In this document: one piece after another, positions 10,530-20,138 of the stretch
Layout of the letters: every line of letters starts with the position of its first letter
Numbering within the stretch: position 1 is the stretch's first letter
Origin: Candidatus Oleincola secundus
GTDB taxonomy: Bacteria > Atribacterota > Phoenicimicrobiia > Phoenicimicrobiales > Stramentimicrobiaceae
Length of the DNA stretch: 29,221 bases
Assembly (NCBI GenBank): GCA_018400815.1
Contig: JAGYLS010000015.1
Span: forward strand, 1 to 29,221
Reading direction: 5' to 3'
Notes under the pieces: generated by a model
Database searches by the model: none
What the model saw: only the letters and a program-made list of their open reading frames with translations
What the model was told of the DNA's origin: nothing
Position numbers and translations under genes: made by a program

Positions 10530-11504
10530 TTGTGGAGTTCATTAATTGATTTTGTTGGAAATATACTTCGGTTTTTATATGGCTTTACCAATAATTATGG
10601 GTTAGCTATTATTTTATTAACCATTATTATCAGGGCTTTGATGTATCCGTTGATGCAGAAACAAATGACTTCTATGATGGAAACTCAAAAGATACAACCC
10701 CTGATGCAGGAAATACAAAAGAAATACAAGAATGATAAAGAAAAGATGAATCAGGAATTAATGAGGCTGTATAAGGAGCATAAGGTAAACCCTATGGGAG
10801 GTTGTTTGCCCTTACTTATTCAGATGCCCATTTTGATTTTATTTTTCCAGGTTTTAAGAGAGTTTAATTATTTAGATCCCGTTACTAATAAAATTGCAGG
10901 TGGTTTTTTATGGATACAAGATAAAGTTTGGGCTTTAAATCCAGAAACAATGAAATGGGAATGGATAGCTGGTCTTGCTTTACCAGACCCCTTATTCGGA
11001 GTTATTCCAGAAACTGTACCTATAATAGGGGGTTATTTTATTGGGATTTTACCGATCCTGGTCGGGGCATCCATGTATTTTCAACAGAAGTTAACTACAC
11101 CTTCTGCTCCTGCAACAAATCAAGGTAGTAGTTCATCAAACCCTACTGCCAGTACTCAAAAGATGATGACCACTATTATGCCATTAATGATTGGCTTTAT
11201 AAGTTTTACCTTACCTTCAGGACTAAGCTTGTACTGGTTTACCTCAACACTTTTTGGTATCGGACAACAGGTGCTGATTAATAAAAAACAAGCAGTGCCC
11301 AAAAAAAATGCCGAAACTATTGAAGAAAAACCAGAAAAACCAGAAAAAGTTGAAAAAGCTGAAGAAAAACCAGAAAGAGATATTAAAACTGAAATTATAG
11401 AAGAGGACATTCCCTGGATCCCGGGATATGAAAATCCTGCCTCTCAACAAAACAAAAAAAATAACAAAAAAGGAAAACCCAAGAAGAAAAAAGGTCAAGG
11501 ATAG
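10530..11504 (+). CDS. yidC: Membrane protein insertase YidC/Oxa1, short form without the large periplasmic domain
   Basis: YGLAIILLTIIIR, ELMRLYKEHKVNPMGGCLPLLIQMP, LPSGLSLYW; SD AAGGAG before TTG. Confidence 0.95.
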   Translation: MWSSLIDFVGNILRFLYGFTNNYGLAIILLTIIIRALMYPLMQKQMTSMMETQKIQPLMQEIQKKYKNDKEKMNQELMRLYKEHKVNPMGGCLPLLIQMPILILFFQVLREFNYLDPVTNKIAGGFLWIQDKVWALNPETMKWEWIAGLALPDPLFGVIPETVPIIGGYFIGILPILVGASMYFQQKLTTPSAPATNQGSSSSNPTASTQKMMTTIMPLMIGFISFTLPSGLSLYWFTSTLFGIGQQVLINKKQAVPKKNAETIEEKPEKPEKVEKAEEKPERDIKTEIIEEDIPWIPGYENPASQQNKKNNKKGKPKKKKGQG

Positions 11505-11535
11505 TGAAATCTATATATAAAGAGAGCGTGTTCGA

Positions 11536-12060
11536 TTGTCAGATTATAAAAATAACGAGAATAATCTTTTAGATGAAGAAAAAAAAGCGCTTGAAGTGCT
11601 TACCAGAATTATTAATACCATCGTAGAAGGCGCTGAAGTAAATAAGGTTTTTTCTGACCAGGATTATACTGTATTTGAGATTAGCAAGGTAGATCCCGGT
11701 ATTGTTATTGGAAAGCATGGACATACTTTGGATGCTATCCAATATCTCGTTAATCTGGTTGCAAACAAAGAAAGGAATCTAGACACACAAAGACTTTATG
11801 TTATAGATATAGACGGATATCGAAAGAGAAGAGAAGAGTCTTTAAAGAGATACGCAAAAGAAAAAGCTGAAATTGTCAAACGAAGAGGTAATGCAATCGC
11901 ATTATATTTTATGAATAGTATCGAAAGAAGGCTTATACACCTTTCACTAAAAGAAGATCCTGAGGTAACTACGTATAGTGAAGGTAAAGATCCATTTCGA
12001 AGAGTTATTATATCACCAGAAGCAATCTCCAAGACGGATTATGGGCAGAGAGATGAATGA
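11536..12060 (+). CDS. jag: Jag/KhpB (EloR) RNA-binding protein with KH and R3H domains only
   Basis: IGKHGHTLDAIQYL (KH GxxG), ERRLIH (R3H), TYSEGKDPFRRVII; lies between yidC and mnmE. Confidence 0.9.
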   Translation: MSDYKNNENNLLDEEKKALEVLTRIINTIVEGAEVNKVFSDQDYTVFEISKVDPGIVIGKHGHTLDAIQYLVNLVANKERNLDTQRLYVIDIDGYRKRREESLKRYAKEKAEIVKRRGNAIALYFMNSIERRLIHLSLKEDPEVTTYSEGKDPFRRVIISPEAISKTDYGQRDE

Positions 12061-12144
12061 TTGGGAAATCAACTAATTCGGAAAATATAATTTTATTTTC
12101 AGTAAAAAATATTTTTAGATGAATATTGATAATTGGAGATTGAA

Positions 12145-13581
12145 ATGAATAGGGATAAATTTACCAATATAAACATCGAAGAAGAAGATACTATTGCTGC
12201 TATATCAACCCCATTAGGCATAGGGGGCATTGGAATTGTCCGTATAAGTGGCCCTTTGTCTATTCCTATCGCCAGCAAGATATTCAGGCATAAAGGAAAG
12301 ACCAAGAAAAGTCCAAATGAATTTCGTTCCCACAATCTTTACTATGGAACTATTGTACAGCCTGATACAGAAATGTTAATTGATGAAGTATTGCTGGCTA
12401 TTATGCGAAAACCCAAGACTTATACCAAAGAAGATATAATTGAAATTAATTGTCATGGTGGTTTGTTGGTTGTGAGAAAGGTTTTAGAAATGGTAGTGAA
12501 ACTTGGAGCAAAGATTGCAGAGCCAGGAGAGTTTACGAAAATAGCATTTCTAAACGGAAGAATAGATTTAAGCCAGGCAGAAGCCGTAATTGATATTATT
12601 GAAGCAAACAACGAAAGAAGCCTGGAATCTTCTCTATACCAGTTATCGGGTGGTTTAAGAGAAAAAATAAATCATTTAAAGTCACGTATTGTTGAATTAA
12701 ATACAAAGATCGAGGCACCTATGGACTTTCCGGATCAAGGGATTGCAGAATTAGATAAGAGCGAAATTGAAAAAACACTAAGGGATTGTCTCTCAGAAGT
12801 TAACCAGCTATTAGATACGGTAAAATTTGGACAAATTATTAAAGAAGGAATTTATTGCGTAATTCTTGGTAAAACTAACGTAGGTAAATCAAGCCTCTTT
12901 AATGTGTTGTTGAAAAAAAACAGGTCGATTGTGACTTCTTTGCCGGGAACAACCCGTGATACTATTGAAGAATCAATTAACCTCAAGGGTTTTAATTTTA
13001 ACTTGATTGATACCGCAGGAATGAAAAATCCGGAGAATATTATTGAACAAATAAGCCTGGAAAAGGTAAGCAACTTTATGGAATATGGACAAGTATTTAT
13101 AGTAATGTTCGATATTAGCCGGCCTCTGGATGAACAAGATATTGCGTTAATAGATAAAATAAAATCATTCGGTAATCGTAATATAAACATGATTGTTATT
13201 GAAAATAAAACTGATCTACCACAACAAATGGATATATCGGAGCTGCATAAGAGATTAGGAGTAAGAGAAACAATAAAAATGTCAATTAAAAAGAAGACAG
13301 GGATTGAACTTTTAGAGAATAAAATGATCGATAATGCCCTGTTAGATGTTAATGTACCGGAAGGTGGGCTTATTGTCAATAATAAAAGGCACCAGGAGTT
13401 TTTACTAAAGGTTCAAGAGAGATTATCCCATATTATTTCTAAAATTAATACAGGAATTAAGGATGATTTTGTGGCCATGGATTTGAAATATGCAGCAAAC
13501 CAATTAGCAAGAATAACCGGAGAATCTTGTGATAGAGAAATACTTAACAATGTATTTTCAAAGTTTTGTATTGGGAAATAA
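12145..13581 (+). CDS. mnmE: tRNA modification GTPase MnmE/TrmE
   Basis: DTIAAISTP, GKTNVGKSS, PGTTRD, DTAG, C-terminal FCIGK. Start placed at ATG 12145 behind GGAG (track start 12133). Confidence 0.96.
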   Translation: MNRDKFTNINIEEEDTIAAISTPLGIGGIGIVRISGPLSIPIASKIFRHKGKTKKSPNEFRSHNLYYGTIVQPDTEMLIDEVLLAIMRKPKTYTKEDIIEINCHGGLLVVRKVLEMVVKLGAKIAEPGEFTKIAFLNGRIDLSQAEAVIDIIEANNERSLESSLYQLSGGLREKINHLKSRIVELNTKIEAPMDFPDQGIAELDKSEIEKTLRDCLSEVNQLLDTVKFGQIIKEGIYCVILGKTNVGKSSLFNVLLKKNRSIVTSLPGTTRDTIEESINLKGFNFNLIDTAGMKNPENIIEQISLEKVSNFMEYGQVFIVMFDISRPLDEQDIALIDKIKSFGNRNINMIVIENKTDLPQQMDISELHKRLGVRETIKMSIKKKTGIELLENKMIDNALLDVNVPEGGLIVNNKRHQEFLLKVQERLSHIISKINTGIKDDFVAMDLKYAANQLARITGESCDREILNNVFSKFCIGK

Positions 13582-13677
13582 TAAACATTTAGAAAGATAC
13601 TATCGCCTATTTAGTAATAAAATTAGCATTACCAAATAATCTATTTAAACCCCTATTGAATAAAGGACTTAGCAAGA

Positions 13678-13693
13678 TGTTCCACGTGGAACA
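13678..13693. promoter_or_regulatory. parS centromere-like site (ParB binding)
   Basis: TGTTCCACGTGGAACA, a perfect palindromic match to the widespread parS consensus, about 4-6 kb from oriC. Confidence 0.9.
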
Positions 13694-14011
13694 TCTTGCT
13701 AAGAGTGTTTTTAAATAAAGATACAACACTATCATATTAGTTTGTAGCGAATCATTTTTACTAATAAGTATTTAACATTTTAAAAAATCATTTCATTCCA
13801 TGAGCGAGAATTTAGGGAAAGAAAATTATGTTCCGTATTGTATGTTGCCTATTGAGCTGAAAACAAAATATAAAATATGAAACTACAGTTAATATTTTTT
13901 AAAATACCAGTGCTTTTTTCGTCTTTGTAATGGTTAAATAAAATGGTTTTACCATAAAGATAAAGATATACTAACTGAAATATTTTACCCGAGGTTCTAA
14001 AAAGAGGCAAT

Positions 14012-14070
14012 ATTATATAGCTTAATAGTATCGGAATATTAAAAAAAGCGATACTATTAAGCTATATAAT
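14012..14070. repeat. 22-bp perfect inverted repeat with 15-nt spacer
   Basis: ATTATATAGCTTAATAGTATCG (14012-14033) / CGATACTATTAAGCTATATAAT (14049-14070). Confidence 0.9.
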
Positions 14071-14137
14071 CTCTTAATTAAGACCCAAATATATACGTAG
14101 TTAGATTTTAAGATTAAGCATAGTATCCCAGGGGTTC

Positions 14138-14160
14138 TCAAGGGGAAGTATTCCCCTTGA
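14138..14160. repeat. 10-bp-stem hairpin, REP-like
   Basis: TCAAGGGGAA-GTA-TTCCCCTTGA. Confidence 0.7.
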
Positions 14161-14338
14161 ATATCCTGTAAAGAATCGTTTAGAAGATGGATAAGAGACA
14201 AGAGAAAAGAGCAGAAGGGAATGGCTAACAAAAAATTAAGCCTCTTTTAGATGCTTCTTAAAGCCACCCGCCTTGCGGGTGCGCTATTTATATCCTATAA
14301 TTGGTCGAAAGAATTACCTAGAAAGAAGGTTGATATCA

Positions 14339-14878
14339 ATGTTATGCGAATTATGTAAAAAAAATGAAGCAACCGTGACAATTGTGAAGGTTGTGGGAAT
14401 GAGTAAAACAGAGCTGAATGTATGCAATGAATGTGCTAATTATCTTTTGGGAAATACTGTTTCATCATTTTCCTTTTCTCAAAAAAATATAAATGAGATA
14501 TTGATTAATTTATTGAATGCATTTTCCAGATATAGCGGAGAAGAAAATTACAATATTTCTGAAGTCGACATAAAATGTCCTAACTGTGGTCAGACATATA
14601 ATGAATTTATTGAAACAGGAAAATTTGGATGCAGTAAATGCTATGAATTATTTCGTAAGCAGGTAAAACCTCTTTTAAACCGTTTGCATGGTAGTAGTCA
14701 GCATAAAGGGAAAATACCGAATGCAGTTAGAATACGTTTAGATGGGATACAAAAAATAGAGAAAATTAAGAATGAGTTACAAAGAGCAGTAACGAAAGAA
14801 GAGTATGAAAAAGCAGCAAAGTTAAGAGACTTAATTATTGAGGAAGAAAAAAGAGTTGGAATTAAAAATAATGAATAA
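14339..14878 (+). CDS. mcsA: McsA, activator of the protein-arginine kinase (UvrB/UvrC motif)
   Basis: Four CxxC motifs (CELC, CNEC, CPNC, CSKC), [22 protein letters not shown]. True start is probably ATG 14339 behind GAAGGT. Confidence 0.93.
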   Translation: MLCELCKKNEATVTIVKVVGMSKTELNVCNECANYLLGNTVSSFSFSQKNINEILINLLNAFSRYSGEENYNISEVDIKCPNCGQTYNEFIETGKFGCSKCYELFRKQVKPLLNRLHGSSQHKGKIPNAVRIRLDGIQKIEKIKNELQRAVTKEEYEKAAKLRDLIIEEEKRVGIKNNE

Positions 14879-15938
14879 TAAACAAACTGATGCATATATT
14901 AATGAATTAAGAGATTCAACAGCAGATTGGGCTAAAGGGAATGGTCCTTTAAATAATATTGTACTGAGTTCTAGATTAAGATTGGCAAGAAACATCAAAG
15001 ATATACCATTTCCCTTTAAAGCAAGTGATAACCAATTAAAAATGGTGATGAATCAGAGTGAAGAATTTTTAAAAAATAATAAAATATTTTCTGATTTTAA
15101 ATTAATTAATCTGAATAATTTGACCTCAATGCAGATAAGTTTTTTAATAGAAAAACGTTTAATAAGCATTGCTTTGGCAAAATACAATAGGCCTTATCGT
15201 GCTTTTATCTACAATCCTGATGAAATCATTAGTATTATGATAAATGAAGAAGATCATTATAGAATACAAGCTATGTTACCGGGCTTTCAGCTTAAAAAAG
15301 TTTGGGAATTGATTGATTGGTATGATAATAAAATTGAAGAAGAAGTAAAATATGCATTTAATGATGTTGAAGGATTTCTTACTTGTTGTCCAACTAACGT
15401 TGGGACTGGTTTACGAGCTTCAGTTATGCTACATCTACCAGCATTAATTGTATCAAATCAATTACAAGAATTGATGGATTCGGTTTCAAAAAAAGGATAT
15501 GCTGTAAGAGGATTTTACGGTGAAGGTACTAATTTCCAGGGAAATCTATTCCAGGTATCTAACCAGACAACATTAGGCTTGAGTGAAATGGAAATCATAA
15601 AAAATCTGGAAATTGTAATTAAACAGTTGATTGAAAAAGAGCAGAAAGCAAGAGAAGAATTACTGATACATTCAAAGCAGAAAATTGAAGATCAGGTTAT
15701 GCGCTCCTACGGTATTTTAAAAAATGCTAAAATTATCTCAACAACTGAAGCAGTAAACTTGTTATCAAATATAAGATTTGGGATAGAAATGGGTTTATTG
15801 ATAAAGGTAGGTTATGATACTATAAATTGGTTGATGTTAATCATTCAGCCTGGTTATTTGCAGTTAATCAAAGAGAATAAGATGAACCAAATGCAGCGTG
15901 GTTTGGCCAGGGCAGAGATTATTAAAAGTAATCTATAA
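14871..15938 (+). CDS. mcsB: Protein-arginine kinase McsB
   Basis: SSRLRLARN, NEEDH, CPTNVGTGLRAS, RGFYGEG; ATG 14871 overlaps the end of mcsA. Confidence 0.95.
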   Translation: MNNKQTDAYINELRDSTADWAKGNGPLNNIVLSSRLRLARNIKDIPFPFKASDNQLKMVMNQSEEFLKNNKIFSDFKLINLNNLTSMQISFLIEKRLISIALAKYNRPYRAFIYNPDEIISIMINEEDHYRIQAMLPGFQLKKVWELIDWYDNKIEEEVKYAFNDVEGFLTCCPTNVGTGLRASVMLHLPALIVSNQLQELMDSVSKKGYAVRGFYGEGTNFQGNLFQVSNQTTLGLSEMEIIKNLEIVIKQLIEKEQKAREELLIHSKQKIEDQVMRSYGILKNAKIISTTEAVNLLSNIRFGIEMGLLIKVGYDTINWLMLIIQPGYLQLIKENKMNQMQRGLARAEIIKSNL

Positions 15939-16027
15939 ATATAAGTTATTAAATTATATTAAGACTTAAGCTTATTTATGCTGAAGAATATATTATACTT
16001 AGGAATAACTAAGGGAAGGATTAAAAA

Positions 16028-18523
16028 ATGTTTAAAAGATATACAGAGAAAGTTAGAAAAGTAATCATGATGGCACAAGAGGAAGCTGTCAATCTTAATC
16101 ATAATTATATTGGCACTGAACATATTTTGGTAGGTTTAGTAAAAGAAAATGAAGGAATTGCTGGAAAAGTACTGCGTGAAATTGGAGTAGAACCGGAAAA
16201 AATTATGGAAGAAATAGAAAAAATAGTAGGTAAAGGGGAATATCAGGAAGTCAGTGAAATTACTTTTACCCCAAGGGCAAAAAAAGTTCTGGAATTAGCC
16301 TCACAGGAAGCTAGCCAGTTAGGACAAAATTACATTGGCACTGAACATATATTATTAGGCTTGATTAAAGAAGGAAGTGGTGTGGCTACCAGGATATTAA
16401 GCGATATGGGCATTGACCTTGATAATATCTATTCCCAGGTCATGAAAGTTTTAATGGAAAGTGGTCATTCAGAAACAGCAGCTGCTGGCGGAACTATTCG
16501 TAAAGATAGCAAAGTTCCAACCTTAGATGAATTTGGTAGAGATTTAACAGAACTTGCCATGGATGATAAATTAGACCCAGTAGTAGGAAGAAATAATGAG
16601 ATCCAACGCGTAATACAGATTTTAAGTCGTAGAAAGAAGAATAATCCTTGTTTGATTGGTGAAGCAGGTGTGGGGAAAACAGCTATCGTAGAAGGTTTAG
16701 CTCAAAAAATTGCCAATCATGATGTTCCGGAAATATTGAAAAACAAAAGAATTATTAGCCTGGATCTTGCCTTAATTGTTGCGGGAACTAAATATAGGGG
16801 AGAGTTTGAAAAAAGATTAAAAAAAATTGTCAAAGAAGTACAAAATTCCAATGATGTTATTTTATTTATTGATGAATTTCATACATTGGTTGGAGCAGGG
16901 GCTGCTGAAGGAGCTATTGATGCCTCAAATATTCTAAAACCAGCTTTAGCAAGGGGAGAAATTAAGGCCATTGGCGCGACAACTACTGATGAATACCGAA
17001 AATATATCGAAAAAGATAAGGCATTAGAAAGACGTTTTCAGCCAATTATTGTACTTGAACCTTCTCTTGAAGAGGCCATTCAGATACTGACAGGGTTAAG
17101 AGATAAGTATGAAGCTCATCATAAGCTTACCATTACTGATCAAGCATTAGTATCTGCAGTAAAATTAGCTGCAAGATATGTTTCTGGCCGTTTTTTGCCT
17201 GATAAAGCAATTGATGTAATTGATGAGGCATCTTCACGGGTTAAGTTAAAAAATACTGTTTACCCGCCTGATGTCAAAGAAGTTGAAAATCAGTTGCTTA
17301 AAATAAGAAAAGAAAAAGAATCTGCAGTGAAACTACAGGAATTTGAAAAAGCTGCAAAACTAAGGGATAAAGAAAGAAAAAGTCTGGAACGTTATAGCGA
17401 AATAAAAAAAGAATGGGAAACCGGGAGAACAAAAGATAAAATTGAAGTAACAGTTGAAGATGTAGCGGAAGTTGTTTCCAGTTGGAGCGGTGTACCCGTG
17501 TATTCACTTAAGGAAGAAGAAGCCAAAAAACTTATACGAATGGAAGAAGAATTACATAAGCGAATCGTAGGTCAGGATGAAGCAATAAATGCAATATCAA
17601 GGGCAGTGCGTAGGGCTCGAGCAGGAATGAAAGATCCCAAAAGACCAATTGGTTCTTTTGTTTTTCTGGGACCTACCGGTGTAGGAAAAACAGAACTTGC
17701 CAGAACTCTAGCGGAATTTCTATTTGGAGATGAAAATGCAATGATAAGTCTGGATATGTCTGAATATATGGAAAAATTTGCTGTTTCACGTTTAGTTGGA
17801 GCACCTCCAGGCTATGTTGGTTATGAAGAAGGTGGACAGTTAACCGAGAAAGTAAGAAGACGTCCTTATTCAGTTGTATTGCTTGATGAGATAGAAAAGG
17901 CACATCCGGATGTATTTAACATTCTTTTACAAATATTCGAAGATGGTAGATTAACGGATGCACAGGGGCGATTAGTGGATTTTAAGAATACTGTAATTAT
18001 TATGACATCCAATGTAGGGGCAACATTGATTAAAAAAGGAACATCATTAGGCTTCAGGAGTGCAAACGAACCTTCGCAAATGTCATATAAAGATATTAAA
18101 GAAAGTGTAATGGGAGAATTAAATAAGACTTTCAGGCCGGAATTCCTGAATCGTATTGATGAGGTAATTGTATTTAAAGGGCTAACTGAAAAGGAAATAA
18201 AAAATATTGCAGATTTATTGCTTGATGAGGTAAGAGAACTGTTAATGGAGCAAAAGATAACATCCGCTGTTAGAAAAAGCGCAAAAGATATTTTAGCAAA
18301 AGAAGGATTTGATCCTAACTTTGGTGCAAGACCGTTAAGAAGAACCATTGAAAGGTTGGTGGAAAATCCTATTTCTGAAAAAATACTTTCTGGTGAGTTT
18401 AAAGAAAATGACCATATTATAGTAAAAGGTAGAAACGGAAAGATTGTACTTGAGAAAAATAAAGAAAAGGTAGATAAAAAAAGAAATCAAAAAAAGAATG
18501 TTAATAATGATGAAAAAAAATAA
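16028..18523 (+). CDS. clpC: ATP-dependent Clp protease ATPase ClpC
   Basis: Clp-N repeats (GTEHIL twice), Walker A motifs GEAGVGKT and [11 protein letters not shown] middle domain, LGF ClpP-docking loop; follows mcsB. Confidence 0.97.
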   Translation: MFKRYTEKVRKVIMMAQEEAVNLNHNYIGTEHILVGLVKENEGIAGKVLREIGVEPEKIMEEIEKIVGKGEYQEVSEITFTPRAKKVLELASQEASQLGQNYIGTEHILLGLIKEGSGVATRILSDMGIDLDNIYSQVMKVLMESGHSETAAAGGTIRKDSKVPTLDEFGRDLTELAMDDKLDPVVGRNNEIQRVIQILSRRKKNNPCLIGEAGVGKTAIVEGLAQKIANHDVPEILKNKRIISLDLALIVAGTKYRGEFEKRLKKIVKEVQNSNDVILFIDEFHTLVGAGAAEGAIDASNILKPALARGEIKAIGATTTDEYRKYIEKDKALERRFQPIIVLEPSLEEAIQILTGLRDKYEAHHKLTITDQALVSAVKLAARYVSGRFLPDKAIDVIDEASSRVKLKNTVYPPDVKEVENQLLKIRKEKESAVKLQEFEKAAKLRDKERKSLERYSEIKKEWETGRTKDKIEVTVEDVAEVVSSWSGVPVYSLKEEEAKKLIRMEEELHKRIVGQDEAINAISRAVRRARAGMKDPKRPIGSFVFLGPTGVGKTELARTLAEFLFGDENAMISLDMSEYMEKFAVSRLVGAPPGYVGYEEGGQLTEKVRRRPYSVVLLDEIEKAHPDVFNILLQIFEDGRLTDAQGRLVDFKNTVIIMTSNVGATLIKKGTSLGFRSANEPSQMSYKDIKESVMGELNKTFRPEFLNRIDEVIVFKGLTEKEIKNIADLLLDEVRELLMEQKITSAVRKSAKDILAKEGFDPNFGARPLRRTIERLVENPISEKILSGEFKENDHIIVKGRNGKIVLEKNKEKVDKKRNQKKNVNNDEKK

Positions 18524-18562
18524 TAATAAAGTTGATGTAATATTATATCAAAATACTAAAAA

Positions 18563-19936
18563 ATGAAAAAAAATACCAAAGAATTTTTTAAATGTACAAA
18601 ATGTAATTATGAGACTCCTCAATGGTTAGGGCGTTGTCCAAGTTGTGGAGCATGGAATACATTTGTCAGACAGGAAAGAACTGGGAATAGTATTCAGCAC
18701 ACCAAAAATAAAAAAGAAAATCGTGCACAGCCTATTAATGGTTTTAGATTTAGTGGGGAGGATCAACGATATCAATCTGGCATTAAAGAGTTTGACCGAG
18801 TACTAGGGGGAGGAATAGTTCTAGGTTCCCTTGTTCTTATTGGGGGAGAACCGGGTATTGGCAAATCCACACTGGTTCTTCAAGTAGCAGATAAGTTATC
18901 CAAAAATATTGGAAAGACCCTTTATATTACAGCAGAAGAGTCAATCAGACAGATTCATATGAGGGCAAAACGATTATCTGTCAATGCTGAAGAGTTATAT
19001 TTACTTTCTGAAACTGATTTAGACCAAATAATTGAGCAGATATTATATCTGAAACCGAAGATAGCTATCATTGATTCTATTCAAATAATCAATGATAGCT
19101 CTGTTTTATCGGTTCCAGGTAGTGTTAACCAGGTTAAAAATTGCACATCTCGACTAATGGAAGTAGCAAAGAAAAATAATATTGCCATGATTATAATAGG
19201 TCATGTTACTAAAGGCGGTGCGATTGCAGGACCCAAAATACTGGAACACATGGTTGATACTGTGTTGTATCTTGAAGGAGAAAGATTCCATTCGTTTAGA
19301 CTATTAAGAGGTATTAAGAATCGTTTTGGAACGACAAATGAACTGGGAATTTTCCAGATGAAAAATGAAGGATTAAGTGAAGTCTTGAATCCATCAAAAA
19401 TGCTGTTATCTTCCCGCAAACAGTCTATCCCCGGAACGGTTACCACTGTGACGTTTGAAGGAAGCCGCCCATTAGCCGTGGAGATTGAAGCATTGGTTAG
19501 TTCTTCTTTTTTAACAAATCCGAGACGTATAACAACGGGAGTCGATTATAATAGAGTTTCATTAATTATTGCAGTTTTAGAGAATCGATTAGGGCTTAAA
19601 TTTCAATATAAAGATATTTATGTAAATGCTGCAGGGGGAATTAAAATCAACGAGCCGGCGATTGATTTAGGAATAGCCCTAGCTATAATCAGTAGCAGTA
19701 AGGGACTTGCTATTGACATGGATACAGTAGTTTTTGGGGAATTAGGGTTAACAGGTGAATTAAGATCGGTGAGTATGAGCGAACGAAGGATTAAGGAAGC
19801 CCAAAAGATAGGTTATAAGAAAAGTATCATACCTTTGGAAAATGCCAGACAATTATCTTCTTTATTTGATAATTTAGCAATAAAGGGGATTTATAGTATA
19901 AAAGATTTGCTAGATATAATGAAAAAAAATAAATAG
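18563..19936 (+). CDS. radA: DNA repair protein RadA/Sms
   Basis: C4 zinc finger, GEPGIGKST, KNRFG motif, Lon-like C-terminus. Confidence 0.97.
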   Translation: MKKNTKEFFKCTKCNYETPQWLGRCPSCGAWNTFVRQERTGNSIQHTKNKKENRAQPINGFRFSGEDQRYQSGIKEFDRVLGGGIVLGSLVLIGGEPGIGKSTLVLQVADKLSKNIGKTLYITAEESIRQIHMRAKRLSVNAEELYLLSETDLDQIIEQILYLKPKIAIIDSIQIINDSSVLSVPGSVNQVKNCTSRLMEVAKKNNIAMIIIGHVTKGGAIAGPKILEHMVDTVLYLEGERFHSFRLLRGIKNRFGTTNELGIFQMKNEGLSEVLNPSKMLLSSRKQSIPGTVTTVTFEGSRPLAVEIEALVSSSFLTNPRRITTGVDYNRVSLIIAVLENRLGLKFQYKDIYVNAAGGIKINEPAIDLGIALAIISSSKGLAIDMDTVVFGELGLTGELRSVSMSERRIKEAQKIGYKKSIIPLENARQLSSLFDNLAIKGIYSIKDLLDIMKKNK

Positions 19937-19975
19937 AACTATCAGGAAGATTACTAATAATGTTTTACTATAATT

Positions 19976-20004
19976 TTGACACTAATTTAGCCAAATGATA
20001 TAAT
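19976..20004 (+). promoter_or_regulatory. Consensus sigma70 promoter for yacL-cysS
   Basis: TTGACA, 17-nt spacer, TATAAT with TGn extension. Confidence 0.8.
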
Positions 20005-20138
20005 TTAATTGCTTTTTAGCTGGTTAATACTATAATACTATATGTCAAATTTCACAAATACAAAAAATGGTGGTGGTTGCTGCGCCAAATAATAATTAGC
20101 ATCTAAATAATGGAAAATTGAATAGAGGAGGTATTGTT

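Noticed and set aside
13800..13880. 26-codon ORF MSENLGKENYVPYCMLPIELKTKYKI as a possible ctsR or parA remnant
   Set aside because: No SD and no resemblance I can recognise to CtsR, MnmG or ParA.
14022..14231. 69-aa minus-strand ORF in the mnmE-mcsA gap as a type I toxin
   Set aside because: It runs through the palindromes, lacks a convincing SD and has no clear single TM helix; it cannot be supported from sequence alone.
14273..14338. Extended N-terminus of McsA from TTG 14273
   Set aside because: The TTG lies in a hairpin without an SD, while ATG 14339 has one and gives the typical MLCxxC start.
13582..14338. CRISPR array or intact mobile element in the palindrome-rich gap
   Set aside because: The palindromes are unrelated in sequence, there are no regularly spaced direct repeats, and no transposase or cas ORF is present.
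17782..17797. parS-like TGTTTCACGT inside clpC
   Set aside because: Only the left part matches; the right arm is TTAGTT, and the sequence is explained by the conserved AVSRL coding.
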